Notes: generated by a model not told the origin, from the letters alone. Counted from the stretch's first letter, positions 7,371 through 17,139 are shown. The stretch is 26,470 bases of DNA from Pseudomonadota bacterium (GCA_041178085.1 JBEGVZ010000001.1:1-26470), one strand, 5' to 3'. Made by a program: numbers and translations.

Positions 7371-10259
7371 CTAGTGTGCCTCCAACCAGTCTGCGCCGAC
7401 GCCGATTTCGACTTTCAATGGTACTGACAGTTCCAGCGCAGTTTCCATGGCATTGCGGATGATTTGTGTGGACCGCGCTGTTTCGCTTGCCGGCCCCTCA
7501 AAGACGAGTTCATCGTGGACTTGCAACAGAAGGCGCGTCGCAAGTCCGGCTTCCGCAAGTTCCCGCTCAACCCGGATCATTGCCAACTTGATGAGGTCCG
7601 CTGCACTCCCCTGGATTGGCGAATTGACGGCGATGTTTTCTGCGTTGACCTGGGCAAGGCGGTCGCTGGAATGCAGGTCAGGCACAGGTCGCCTGCGGCC
7701 GGTCATGGTCTGGGTGTAGCCGTTGCTCCGTGCGCGTGCGATCGCCTGCGCGATGTAGTCCCGGATCCCGGGGTAACCAGCAAAGTATTTCTCGATGAAT
7801 TCTTTTGCCTCGGCCATGCTGACGCCGGTCTCACGCGCCAGGCGCTGCGGCCCCATGCCATAGATGATTCCAAAGTTGATCGCCTTGGCCCGGGAACGCA
7901 ATGTGGCATCTACATCCGCGGGTGCGACGCCGAAGATGCGTGCAGCTGTGGCCGTGTGGATGTCCTCGTTGTTGCGAAAAGCCCCGGCAAGTGCAGATTC
8001 GTTCGCAACGTGGGCAAGGATGCGCAGTTCGATCTGGGAATAGTCTGCCGAGATGATCACGCTGTCCGGTGAACCGGCGCGGAATGCCTTGCGGATCTCC
8101 CGGCCCTGCGGCGTGCGGATCGGGATGTTCTGCAGGTTTGGATCGGATGAGCTGAGGCGTCCCGTTGCTGTCCCGGTCTGGTGAAAGCTGGTGTGGATGC
8201 GGTTGGTGGACGGCTTGATCAACTGGGGCAACGTGTCGACATAGGTATTTTTCAACTTGGTGACTGAGCGATACTCAAGGATTGCTGATGGCAGCGGGTG
8301 TTCGCTCAGCGCCTCCAGAACGGACACATCGGTTGAGAATCCGGACTTGGTTTTCTTGAGGCGCTTGACGCCAGTGACTTCATGGACTTTCAGTTTTTCA
8401 AACAGGATATGTTGTAGCTGTTTTGTCGAGTTTATGTTGAAGGTCTCGCCGGCGAGTTCGTGGATTTTCTTTTCCAGTCTTTGCGCCTCACCTGCCAGGC
8501 GTTCAGAAATGACGGACAGGGTTTCCGCGTCGACGAAAACGCCGCGCTGCTCCATCGCAGCAAGCACCGGTACAAGCGGCATGTCGACGTCGTGGAGGAC
8601 TTTATCCAGCCCTGCCTTGGCAATCTCTCGTGTGAAATGCAGGTATAGCCGGAAGGTGACTTCGGCGTCTTCGATCGCATACTCCGATAGTTTGTCCAGC
8701 GGGACATCAGCCATCGGAGTTTCCCCGCGCAGGCCAATCAGGTCAGAGGTCGGGATTTTCATGATGCCAAGGTAACGAAGCGCGCATGCATCCAGTCCGT
8801 GTTCACGGCCGATCGAATCCAGCAACCAGCTGCAAATCATCGTGTCGGTGAAAGGGCCCTGCGGCTTGATGCCGGCGTTGTGCAGCATCTGAAGATCGAA
8901 CTTCAGGTTGTGCGCCACTTTCATCTGTCCTGGCTTTTCCAGCCACGACTTCAGCGCGGCTTTGACTTCCGTGATGGAAAGCCCGCCGTCAAGGTGCTTG
9001 TCGATCAGGGGGATGTACCAGCCCTTGCCGGGGGCAGTGCTGGCACTGAGTCCGATCGGGCGTGACTCCACCACGTCCAGGCCAGTGGTTTCCGTGTCAA
9101 AGCAGGCGACGGGTGCTTTTTCAATCTCTGCCATTGCCGCGCGAAGGGTTTCCGGTGTGTTTGCCAGCTGGTACCCGCTGCGGGAAAGTTCTTCCGCCTG
9201 TCCCGGTGACGATGGTGCGGTCCCCGGCTGTTCGCTGGGTTCGAGGGTCAGAGCTGACCTGGCGGGAGTAGCTTGCGCTTTCCCGCGTGCTGCTTTCATG
9301 TCGGCCTGGACGCGTTGGGAAAGGGTGCGGAATTCAAGCTCATCGAACAGTTCAAGCAAGGACGGGTTTGCGGTTGCCGTGTCTGGATCGTACTTCATGT
9401 CGTCCAGCGCGTGCTCAAGGTTGCAGTCGATCTTTATGCGCAGGAGCTCCCGCGACAGGAAGGCTGCTTCCTTTGATGCGCGCAGGGATTCACGCTGTTT
9501 CTCGTTCTTGATCTCATCGAGGTGGGCATAAATTCCCTCGAGGCTGCCGAACTGGCCGATCAACTTGGCGGCGCCCTTGTCGCCGATTCCGTGGACTCCC
9601 GGGACGTTGTCCGCAGTGTCGCCGATCAGCGCCAGCGCATCGACCACATGGTCCGGTTTGCACTGGAACTTTTCGTGGACGCCTTCAATGCCGATCACCT
9701 GCGCAGGTTCCGCTTTTTTCGGCGAGTAGAGGTACACGTGGTGATTGATCAGCTGCATGAAGTCCTTGTCGCCGGAGACGATGTAGCAGGTCAGGTCAGG
9801 GCCTGCATTTTGCTTCACCAGGCTGCCAATCAAATCGTCAGCTTCCACGCCCGGTTCTCTTAAAAGCTTGCAGCCAAGGGCTTCGAAAAGCTTGAACAAG
9901 TAGGGAAGCTGCCGTGCCAAGTCCTCTGGCATCTCGGTCCGGTTGGCTTTGTAGAGCGGGTACATCTTGTGCCGGAAGGTCGGCTCCTTGGTGTCCGTGG
10001 CAACCACCAGGTAATCCGGACGCTCTTCGTCGATAAGTTTGAGCAGGAACACGGCGCTGCCGTAGACGGCGGAAGTCGGGATCCCGGCGGAAGTGGTCAG
10101 AGGACGCACTCCAAACGCATGAAAGCTGCGGAATGCGAGGGCCATGGCATCGATCACAAACAAGCGTCCGGGTTTCTTCAGGACTTGCGTGTCTGTCCGG
10201 TTTTTGTCAATCATCATGGGGCCTTTGTCGTGTCCTGGTCGCCGGTTCTCATTTGCCAT
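7371..10259 (-). CDS. polA: DNA polymerase I
   Basis: 5'-3' exonuclease (EADDLIG, SGDKD, GDTADNVPGV), 3'-5' exonuclease (FDTETTG, HNLKFD) and polymerase motifs (ADYSQIELR, KAINFGIIYG, QVHDELV). The start could be slightly downstream (~10217). Confidence 0.98.
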   Translation of the reverse strand: MANENRRPGHDKGPMMIDKNRTDTQVLKKPGRLFVIDAMALAFRSFHAFGVRPLTTSAGIPTSAVYGSAVFLLKLIDEERPDYLVVATDTKEPTFRHKMYPLYKANRTEMPEDLARQLPYLFKLFEALGCKLLREPGVEADDLIGSLVKQNAGPDLTCYIVSGDKDFMQLINHHVYLYSPKKAEPAQVIGIEGVHEKFQCKPDHVVDALALIGDTADNVPGVHGIGDKGAAKLIGQFGSLEGIYAHLDEIKNEKQRESLRASKEAAFLSRELLRIKIDCNLEHALDDMKYDPDTATANPSLLELFDELEFRTLSQRVQADMKAARGKAQATPARSALTLEPSEQPGTAPSSPGQAEELSRSGYQLANTPETLRAAMAEIEKAPVACFDTETTGLDVVESRPIGLSASTAPGKGWYIPLIDKHLDGGLSITEVKAALKSWLEKPGQMKVAHNLKFDLQMLHNAGIKPQGPFTDTMICSWLLDSIGREHGLDACALRYLGIMKIPTSDLIGLRGETPMADVPLDKLSEYAIEDAEVTFRLYLHFTREIAKAGLDKVLHDVDMPLVPVLAAMEQRGVFVDAETLSVISERLAGEAQRLEKKIHELAGETFNINSTKQLQHILFEKLKVHEVTGVKRLKKTKSGFSTDVSVLEALSEHPLPSAILEYRSVTKLKNTYVDTLPQLIKPSTNRIHTSFHQTGTATGRLSSSDPNLQNIPIRTPQGREIRKAFRAGSPDSVIISADYSQIELRILAHVANESALAGAFRNNEDIHTATAARIFGVAPADVDATLRSRAKAINFGIIYGMGPQRLARETGVSMAEAKEFIEKYFAGYPGIRDYIAQAIARARSNGYTQTMTGRRRPVPDLHSSDRLAQVNAENIAVNSPIQGSAADLIKLAMIRVERELAEAGLATRLLLQVHDELVFEGPASETARSTQIIRNAMETALELSVPLKVEIGVGADWLEAH

Positions 10260-10334
10260 CGGGGCATCAGTTCTATACGATATGAGTGGCTTTTTTGCAG
10301 TTGGAAAACCTATTTGGGCGAGGAGTCCGGTCCC

Positions 10335-11624
10335 ATGAGCGATTTTGCAGAGTTGAAGTATGCCGGCAAGAGCTACCAGCTTCCCGTCATCACCGGAAGC
10401 GAGGGCGAAAAAGGTGTAGATATCAGTAAGTTGCGTGACCAGTCTGGATTGATCACGCTGGATTCTGGCTACGGCAACACTGGCTCCTGCAGGAGCGCGA
10501 TCACATTTATCGACGGCGAGAAAGGCATCCTACGTTACCGCGGGATTCCGATCGACCAACTGGCAGAGAAATCAACTTTTGTGGAAACAGCGTACTTGCT
10601 GATTTACGGCTACCTGCCGAACAAACAACAGCTCGCTGACTTCCGGCAGATGCTTACCCGGCACTCGCTGATTCACGAAGACATGCTTCATTTCTACGAC
10701 GGGTACCCGTCCTCCGCGCATCCAATGGCGATCCTGTCGTCGATGGTTTGCTCGCTTTCCAGCTACTATCCCGAGTGGCTTGATCCCCATGACGAGAACC
10801 AGGTCAACCAGCTGGTGCCGCGCGTGCTGTCGAAAGTCCGTACGATCGCGGCATATTCGTACAAGAAATCGATCGGCCAGCCAGTGATCTATCCGAAGAA
10901 CTCGCTCGATTACTGCGCTAACTTCCTGCACATGATGTTTGCGGTACCATCAGAGCCGTACGAAGTTGATCCGGAACTGGTCAAGACGCTCAACCTTCTG
11001 CTGATCCTGCACGCCGACCACGAGCAAAATTGCTCGACGTCAACGGTGCGCATGGTCGGGTCTGCCGACGCCAACCTTTTTGCTTCTATTGCGGCCGGTA
11101 TTTGCGCCCTGTGGGGGCCAAAGCACGGTGGCGCCAACCAGGAAGTGGTCGAGATGCTTGAGGGCATCGTTAAGAGCGGTGGCGACGTGAAGAAGGCGGT
11201 GGCCGCAGCGAAAGACAAAAACAGTGGATTCCGCCTGATGGGCTTCGGCCACCGGGTCTACAAGAACTACGATCCGCGCGCCAAGGTCATCAAGGCCGCT
11301 TGCGACAAGCTCCTTGCCAAAAAAGGGATCAACGATCCCCTGCTGGACGTTGCCAAGCAACTCGAGGAAGCTGCCCTGTCCGACTCGTACTTCGTCGAAC
11401 GCAAGCTTTATCCAAACGTGGATTTCTACAGTGGCGTGATCTACCGCGCGATGGGCATCCCGACCGACATGTTCACGGTGATGTTTGCCCTTGGCCGCCT
11501 TCCAGGCTGGATTGCCCAGTGGCTCGAGATGCACAAGGAAGGCGACGGCCGCATCAACCGTCCGCGCCAGATTTACACCGGTCACAACCTGCGTGATTAT
11601 CAGCCGATCGAAGAACGCAAGTAA
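10335..11624 (+). CDS. gltA: Citrate synthase (type II)
   Basis: AGGAG RBS at 10321-10325 and ATG 10335; ITFIDGEKGILRYRG, HADHEQNCST, HGGAN, LMGFGHRVYK and YPNVDFYSG motifs. Confidence 0.98.
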   Translation: MSDFAELKYAGKSYQLPVITGSEGEKGVDISKLRDQSGLITLDSGYGNTGSCRSAITFIDGEKGILRYRGIPIDQLAEKSTFVETAYLLIYGYLPNKQQLADFRQMLTRHSLIHEDMLHFYDGYPSSAHPMAILSSMVCSLSSYYPEWLDPHDENQVNQLVPRVLSKVRTIAAYSYKKSIGQPVIYPKNSLDYCANFLHMMFAVPSEPYEVDPELVKTLNLLLILHADHEQNCSTSTVRMVGSADANLFASIAAGICALWGPKHGGANQEVVEMLEGIVKSGGDVKKAVAAAKDKNSGFRLMGFGHRVYKNYDPRAKVIKAACDKLLAKKGINDPLLDVAKQLEEAALSDSYFVERKLYPNVDFYSGVIYRAMGIPTDMFTVMFALGRLPGWIAQWLEMHKEGDGRINRPRQIYTGHNLRDYQPIEERK

Positions 11625-11644
11625 GGCTGCAGGGGAAGTAAAAC

Positions 11645-12136
11645 GTGTCCGTAAAAGATCGTCCACGCTTCTGGCTCATGAAAACTGAGCCAGAAGTTTT
11701 TTCTTTTGATGACTTGATGAAGGCTCCCGGCAAGACCACCTGCTGGGAAGGCGTCCGCAATTATCAGGCGCGGAACATGATGCGCGATGACTTCAAAGTA
11801 GGTGACGAAGTTGTCATCTACCATTCCAACGCCAATCCGCCCGGTGTTGCAGGTTTCGCGCGGGTGGTTCGTGAGGCCTATCCCGACCCTGCGGCATTGG
11901 ACCCGAAAAGCGATTATTTCGACGAAAAGTCAAAGGCTGACGGCAAGTCCCGATGGGTGATGGTCGACGTTCAGGCTGTGGCACCGGCGAAAAAACTGCT
12001 CAGCCTGGAAGAAATTCGCAAGACTTCTGGTTTGGAGGACATGTTGCTTTTGCGTAAAGGACAACGCCTCTCGATCCAGCCAGTCACGGCGGCAGAATGG
12101 ACAATCTTGAGCCGCCTGGCAGGTGTTAAAGCCTGA
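11645..12136 (+). CDS. EVE domain-containing protein (Thy28-like)
   Basis: WLMKTEPEVFSFDDL, WEGVRNYQARN, YHSN and RLSIQPV signature motifs. Confidence 0.93.
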   Translation: MSVKDRPRFWLMKTEPEVFSFDDLMKAPGKTTCWEGVRNYQARNMMRDDFKVGDEVVIYHSNANPPGVAGFARVVREAYPDPAALDPKSDYFDEKSKADGKSRWVMVDVQAVAPAKKLLSLEEIRKTSGLEDMLLLRKGQRLSIQPVTAAEWTILSRLAGVKA

Positions 12137-12752
12137 GTTCCAGCCCCAGACTTAGCGTTGTCATGGCTTTCATGGCGATGGCCGCATCGGCTGGCGATGC
12201 CCCGGAGCCGCTGCCATCTGGTTTCAATGGTTCGTTAAGGGCCAGACCGGGGCGATTTTCCCTCGTGCCTTCAACATACCGCTGGGTCGTTGTGCTCGGG
12301 CTGGCTCCGCGTCCCAGTGGCTGAAGTCGTCCAATACCCAATTGCAGCGCGAGTGATTCGTTGACCGGGTAAGGAGCTGTGAAGCCCACATGCATCACCG
12401 GGATGCCCCCCTGCTGGCTGTGCCAGAAGGTTGTATCGCTGGTCCTGGTTTCTTCGACCATGGCAGTCCCTGCCATCAAGTAAAACCAGCGGCTGCTGAT
12501 GCCGGCCAGGACAGCGTGGGTATTGCTCCTGGATACCGCCCGGGTGTCGTTGCCCAGCTTTCGACCAGTGCTGCTGATGGTCAGGACCTCTGCCCCACCG
12601 AACTCTGCCACGCGCCCCCCGAGGCTCAAGCCAAGGCCAGGGGTTCCGCCTACTCCCGTGGGTAAAGCCGCGACGGGGGCAAAATTCAGCACAAGCGCCG
12701 CCTGGCAAAGGCGTTGGCGGCTGATTTTCGTTCTCAATATGGCCACCGGCAT
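12126..12752 (-). CDS. Hypothetical protein, possible small outer-membrane beta-barrel
   Basis: G-rich RBS ~8 nt upstream of the ATG; basic then hydrophobic N-terminus; alternating strand patterns (LGLSLGGR, LALQLGIGR, TTLSLGLELRL). Confidence 0.5.
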   Translation of the reverse strand: MPVAILRTKISRQRLCQAALVLNFAPVAALPTGVGGTPGLGLSLGGRVAEFGGAEVLTISSTGRKLGNDTRAVSRSNTHAVLAGISSRWFYLMAGTAMVEETRTSDTTFWHSQQGGIPVMHVGFTAPYPVNESLALQLGIGRLQPLGRGASPSTTTQRYVEGTRENRPGLALNEPLKPDGSGSGASPADAAIAMKAMTTLSLGLELRL

Positions 12753-12887
12753 GGCTCATTCCCCCGTCAACTGCTCTTTACGACCTGACGGGTCGGTTGA
12801 GAAGGTTTTTTTGTCCCACTTGACACCAAATTGAGTTTTGCGCCTAAATCAGTAGAGAGAATTTTTTGGACCGAGGGGATAATCATC

Positions 12888-13229
12888 GTGGCCTGGAAGA
12901 TATACAACATTCACAGCGGCAGGGTCCTCAGAGCCGGTTTTGAGGACGAAGAAGTAGCAAAAGATTGGCTCGAGCGTCGCCGGGACCTGTCCCAGGAAGA
13001 TTTCCTCATCGAGGAAATGGACGACGAGGAAGAGGAAGAATACGCCAATCGCGAAGAAGACGAGGAAGAAGAAGAGACGGAATCCGCTGGAGACTACTCT
13101 CGCGATGATGATGACGATGCCGGCGCCGGAGCTGGTGATGATGACTTCTTCAGCGACGATGACGAGGACGAGGAGTCCCTGGACGAAGATGAAGACGAGG
13201 ATGAAAGTGAGGAAGACGACGATTACTGA
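12888..13229 (+). CDS. Small highly acidic protein (short folded N-terminus plus D/E tail)
   Basis: GAGGGG RBS at 12873-12878 and GTG 12888; 113 aa; 47 of the last 72 residues are D/E by my count; followed by a terminator. Confidence 0.8.
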   Translation: MAWKIYNIHSGRVLRAGFEDEEVAKDWLERRRDLSQEDFLIEEMDDEEEEEYANREEDEEEEETESAGDYSRDDDDDAGAGAGDDDFFSDDDEDEESLDEDEDEDESEEDDDY

Positions 13230-13280
13230 GTCGTCGCTGTCCCGCCTGTACGTCACGGTTGGCTTCAAAAGCCACAGAAT

Positions 13281-13322
13281 CACCCCTTGACCACGATGAA
13301 AGTCAAGGGGTGTTTTGCTTTT
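13281..13322 (+). terminator. Rho-independent terminator
   Basis: Perfect 11-bp stem CACCCCTTGAC (13281-13291) / GTCAAGGGGTG (13302-13312), 10-nt loop, followed by TTTTGCTTTT. Confidence 0.85.
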
Positions 13323-13388
13323 ATATACGGTGACTTGAGGCATTTTTCGGGCGGGGATATAGTTTTAGGACACACCAGGAGAACCAAG

Positions 13389-14306
13389 ATGGGTTTGATG
13401 TCATCATTCAGGTCGTCGCTACGGGCCTGCGTTGCAGCTGCGATTGCCGGAGTTGTTTTGTTCACGGCCGGTCTTTCCGTCAGCGACCAATCCTTCGCCA
13501 AGGAAACCCCTGGCCAGGTTGGCTCCAAGCAGACGGGATCCGGCGATGGGACTGCAGTCGACATAGCTGGCGTTGGCGAAGCGGATCAGGGTGCCGGAAC
13601 TTCGATCTTCGGTCGTGCGTTGCGTGCCGGGCCTGTCGTGTTCATGGTTCTCTTGACCCTGGTCGGCCTGTCCGTCCTGACCTGGGCTGCACTGGTGGCC
13701 AAATTTTGGCATCTGCGTCGCATTTCGCGGGCAAGCGATTCGTTTGTGAAAAGTTTCTGGGACAGCCGGTCGTTGAATGACCTGAATTCCCGCCTTTCAG
13801 AGCACCCCTACAGTCCAGCGCGGGAAGTTTTCCGTAGTGGGTATGCGGAGCTGGTGCGAGGCACGCAGCTCCGTGAACATTCCCAGTCCGGGGAAATGGC
13901 GGTGGGAGCAGCCATCGAGAACCTCAGCCGCGCCCTTCAGAAGGCTAAGATGTTTGAGCGCCGCCGCCTGGAAAACTTCCAGTCCCTTCTTGCGACCAGC
14001 GCTTCGGCTAGCCCGTTCATCGGTTTGTTCGGCACGGTGTGGGGCATCATGGGCTCCTTCGAGGGCATCGCCCAGACGGGCAGCGCCAGCCTGGCAGCAG
14101 TCGCGCCTGGAATTTCTGAGGCTTTGATTGCCACCGCCTTTGGTCTTGCGGCGGCGATCCCCGCCGTTGTGGGTTTCAACTTTTTCAACGCATTGATCCG
14201 CGTGCAGCTGGTCAATCTGGACGGTTTTTGCGCGGATTTCCTGAATATCGTGGAACGCTACCTGGTCAGTGATAAAAAGCAGCAGGGGCAAGTCCATCAC
14301 GTTTGA
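13389..14306 (+). CDS. tolQ: TolQ (MotA/TolQ/ExbB proton channel) with N-terminal extension
   Basis: AGGAG RBS before ATG 13389; SPFIGLFGTVWGIM and VAPGISEALIATAFGLAAAIPAV motifs; first gene of tolQRAB. Confidence 0.92.
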   Translation: MGLMSSFRSSLRACVAAAIAGVVLFTAGLSVSDQSFAKETPGQVGSKQTGSGDGTAVDIAGVGEADQGAGTSIFGRALRAGPVVFMVLLTLVGLSVLTWAALVAKFWHLRRISRASDSFVKSFWDSRSLNDLNSRLSEHPYSPAREVFRSGYAELVRGTQLREHSQSGEMAVGAAIENLSRALQKAKMFERRRLENFQSLLATSASASPFIGLFGTVWGIMGSFEGIAQTGSASLAAVAPGISEALIATAFGLAAAIPAVVGFNFFNALIRVQLVNLDGFCADFLNIVERYLVSDKKQQGQVHHV

Positions 14307-14336
14307 GGCAGATGCAACCTGCGACTGAGGGTCCAC

Positions 14337-14768
14337 ATGGCTTTTGGAAAACTCGGACAAGACAAGAGTTTTGAGTCAGACCACAGTGACCTGGCGGAAA
14401 TCAATATCATCCCCCTGGTTGACGTGATGCTGGTGCTCCTCATCATTTTCATGGTGACGGCACCCTTGTCCATCGGTGGGATCAAGGTCGAACTCCCTCA
14501 TGCGGCAGCGAAGAGCACGGGGATCGACGAAAACCGTGTTGTCCTTAGCATCAATGCCCAGGGCGACTACTATCTGGACCGGGTTCAAGTTCCCGCGCCG
14601 GCTCTCACGGAGCGCTTCAAGGTGCTGTACGAAGGCCGGGACAAGAAAGAACTCTATATCCGTGCTGATCGCGAAGTGGCTTACGGCAAGGTTGTTGAGG
14701 CCATGAGCGCGGCCAAGGGGGCGGGTGTCCTGAAGATCGGGATGCTCACCCAGGCACAGAACAAATGA
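14337..14768 (+). CDS. tolR: TolR (ExbD/TolR family)
   Basis: EINIIPLVDVMLVLLIIFMVTAP and IRADREVAYG motifs. Confidence 0.93.
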   Translation: MAFGKLGQDKSFESDHSDLAEINIIPLVDVMLVLLIIFMVTAPLSIGGIKVELPHAAAKSTGIDENRVVLSINAQGDYYLDRVQVPAPALTERFKVLYEGRDKKELYIRADREVAYGKVVEAMSAAKGAGVLKIGMLTQAQNK

Positions 14769-15682
14769 CGGTTAGCGCCCGAGCCAGCAGCAGTCTGTTC
14801 CACAACAAGATGACCCGGATGGTCGCTTTCCTGAGGTTGGTGCGCACGCGGCTGGACAAGAAAAATGAGATGGAACTGTTCCGTCTCTTTGCCGTCGTGT
14901 CGCTGGGCATTCATTTCTTTTTCTTCCTTGCCCAGGGCATCAACCTGTTAAACCAGAGACGTCAGATTGTCGAGGACTGGGCAATTGACGCCGACTTGCT
15001 GGTCGACGCCACTTCCGGGGCGCCAAAGGATTCTGCATTGCCCGATGCGGTCAAGGCGGAGGAGGCAAAGGTCAGTGAGCGCATGCTGCCCCAGCTGCCC
15101 AAACAGTTTGCCGTTGATAACCAGGAAGCCCCCAAGGATAAGACCTTCACCGAACAGGATGAGAAGGCTGAAGCGGAGAAAAAAGTCGAAGATGCCCGCG
15201 ACCTCAGCCGTACCAAGGACGAGGCCGAGGAAAAAAACCGCCTGAAAAAGGATGACGCCCTGCGTCGCCTTGCCCTGGAGAAACTCCGCCAGGAAAACAA
15301 GTTGGCAAAGAAAAACGAGGCGGCCTCTACGGATTCACCGCGTTTGCAGGATGATTCGAAGGCTGTCGCTGCGACAAATACGGGGGCAGTCCAGGGCACG
15401 CTGTCTGCTTCAGAAGCAAACCGCTACAGAGCCAGGTTGCAGTCAGCGATCCGGCGCAATTACTCCATTCCTGAAACGCTGAAATTCAGGACAGTTTCGC
15501 CTGTTACCCTGGCCATCGAGATCAGTGAAAGTGGTCATCTGGTATCTTCAAAGGTTGAGGAATCCTCAGGAGATACGTATTTTGATGAGCTGGCCTTGCA
15601 AGCGGCTAAGGCTTCGGTGCCATTGCCACCGCCGCCGGCGGCCCTTGTGAACCAGAAGATACTGTTCAAGTTCAATCCGTGA
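14765..15682 (+). CDS. tolA: TolA/TonB-like energy transducer
   Basis: ATGA overlap with tolR; TM segment with SxxxH (VVSLGIH); charged helical middle; C-terminal SSGDTYFDELALQA..PLPPPP domain. Start codon uncertain. Confidence 0.85.
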   Translation: MTVSARASSSLFHNKMTRMVAFLRLVRTRLDKKNEMELFRLFAVVSLGIHFFFFLAQGINLLNQRRQIVEDWAIDADLLVDATSGAPKDSALPDAVKAEEAKVSERMLPQLPKQFAVDNQEAPKDKTFTEQDEKAEAEKKVEDARDLSRTKDEAEEKNRLKKDDALRRLALEKLRQENKLAKKNEAASTDSPRLQDDSKAVAATNTGAVQGTLSASEANRYRARLQSAIRRNYSIPETLKFRTVSPVTLAIEISESGHLVSSKVEESSGDTYFDELALQAAKASVPLPPPPAALVNQKILFKFNP

Positions 15683-15692
15683 GGGGACTGGA

Positions 15693-17102
15693 ATGAAAAA
15701 ACTCTTCATGCATTGCCTTGCCGGGCTGATGGTCTGGTTGTCTTCCGCCCAGATGTTTGCGGTGACTGGCCAGCCCTTGATTGTGAACATCGACAATCCT
15801 AATTTTCGCAAATTGAATGTCGCAGTTCCTGATTTCCTGCTGGCTGAGTCGGCAGACCGGGAAACGGCAGAGGTTGCGAAGCGTGGTGCCGCGGAACTGG
15901 TGCGCTTGCTCAACTTTTCTGCGTTGTTCAGCGTTCGCTCGCCTGATGTTTTCTCCGGCGTACTTTCCGCCAAGGGAGTCGTTCAGTGGCGGCTTGGCCA
16001 GCAAGACCTGGACGGGGTGGATTTGCCGCAGTGGCGCGCTGTCGGGATTGAGTCGCTGACCCTGGGCGAAGTTACCAGAGACAACGATACCTGGACTTTC
16101 AATTTCCGGACGATCGATACCGGCAAGGGCCAGCTCCTTGTGGGCAAGCGATACTCCAAGGTTGCCAAGTCACAGGTGGTTCCTGTGGTCAGACGATATG
16201 CGGACCAGATCCTGAAGGCATACACTGGAAAACAAGGCATTTTTTCCAGCCGCCTGACCTTTGTTGGTCGCCGATCGCGGAATGCCGCCAAACAGATTTT
16301 CATATCTGATTTCGATGGCAGCAACGTCAAGCAGATCACGAATTCGAATGCACCTCACCTGTCTCCTTCGTGGAGCCGCGATGGCAGGTACGTCACTTTC
16401 ACATCCTTTGAGGACGGTCCCGCTGAAATTTTCATGTATGACACCAAGACTGGCCAGAAGAAGAAGATGACCAGCGGTCCTGGGCTCAGCAGTGGCAGCA
16501 ACTGGGGGCCGGATGATCGCTACATCGCTTTCACTGGTGCCCACAACGGAAATTCAGAAATTTACGTCATGAGTCCCAAGGGTCGTGATCGCAAGATCCT
16601 GATCGCCGGGGATGGCCTTGATGTCGACCCGACGTTTTCCCCCGACGGGAAATGGATGGCGTTTGTCTCCGGGCGCTTTGGCAACCCCCATATTTTCCGG
16701 GCATCACTCGAGTGGAATGACGACAAGGTCCGCGTCAATGGTGACAAGCGACTGACCTACGCTGGCTGGTACAATGCCACGCCCGCCTGGTCGCCGGAGT
16801 CAGATAAACTGGCCTTTGCTGGATACGACAAGGACATCAACCGCTTCGATATGTTCATGATGAACCCCGACGGGACCCAGATGGAGCGCTTGACCTTGCG
16901 CGCCGGTGACAACGAACGGCCATCATGGTCCCCCAATGGACAACTGATCATCTTCCAGAGTAGCCGAGGGCTGAATCTTGAGGATATCAAGGGGACTCCC
17001 CGGTTGTTTATCATGAACCGGGACGGTAGCAACCAACGGCTTCTGGACACAGGGCTACACGAAGCACAGCAACCAGCCTGGGGACCACAAGTTGAGGACT
17101 GA
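15693..17102 (+). CDS. tolB: TolB (Tol-Pal beta-propeller)
   Basis: Signal peptide; IAVPDF-like N-domain (VAVPDF); GIFSSRLTFV; PD40 repeats (SPSWSRDG, PTFSPDG, PAWSPES, PSWSPNG). Confidence 0.93.
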   Translation: MKKLFMHCLAGLMVWLSSAQMFAVTGQPLIVNIDNPNFRKLNVAVPDFLLAESADRETAEVAKRGAAELVRLLNFSALFSVRSPDVFSGVLSAKGVVQWRLGQQDLDGVDLPQWRAVGIESLTLGEVTRDNDTWTFNFRTIDTGKGQLLVGKRYSKVAKSQVVPVVRRYADQILKAYTGKQGIFSSRLTFVGRRSRNAAKQIFISDFDGSNVKQITNSNAPHLSPSWSRDGRYVTFTSFEDGPAEIFMYDTKTGQKKKMTSGPGLSSGSNWGPDDRYIAFTGAHNGNSEIYVMSPKGRDRKILIAGDGLDVDPTFSPDGKWMAFVSGRFGNPHIFRASLEWNDDKVRVNGDKRLTYAGWYNATPAWSPESDKLAFAGYDKDINRFDMFMMNPDGTQMERLTLRAGDNERPSWSPNGQLIIFQSSRGLNLEDIKGTPRLFIMNRDGSNQRLLDTGLHEAQQPAWGPQVED

Positions 17103-17139
17103 AGCGCGATTTTCTTCTGTGTTTTCCGGGATCGATGCC

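Noticed and set aside
7447..9863. Multiple 150-200 aa plus-strand ORFs antisense to polA (and similar ones elsewhere)
   Set aside because: Expected shadow ORFs in GC-rich coding DNA; they have no recognisable motifs.
9969..10334. 122-aa N-terminal extension of citrate synthase in the ORF track
   Set aside because: It overlaps polA on the opposite strand; a strong AGGAG RBS and the family-typical N-terminus point to ATG 10335.
13230..13280. Small hairpin TGGCT-tcaaa-AGCCA (13260-13274) in the 3' UTR as a possible ncRNA
   Set aside because: Only a 5-bp stem and no recognisable RNA family features.
12849..13343. Hydrophobic 164-aa minus-strand ORF resembling a membrane protein
   Set aside because: It is the antisense shadow of the GAA/GAC-rich acidic gene (reverse complement gives F/V/L/I codons), and it spans the terminator.
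13287..13388. Longer tolQ start at 13287
   Set aside because: It begins inside the terminator hairpin; ATG 13389 has an AGGAG RBS.
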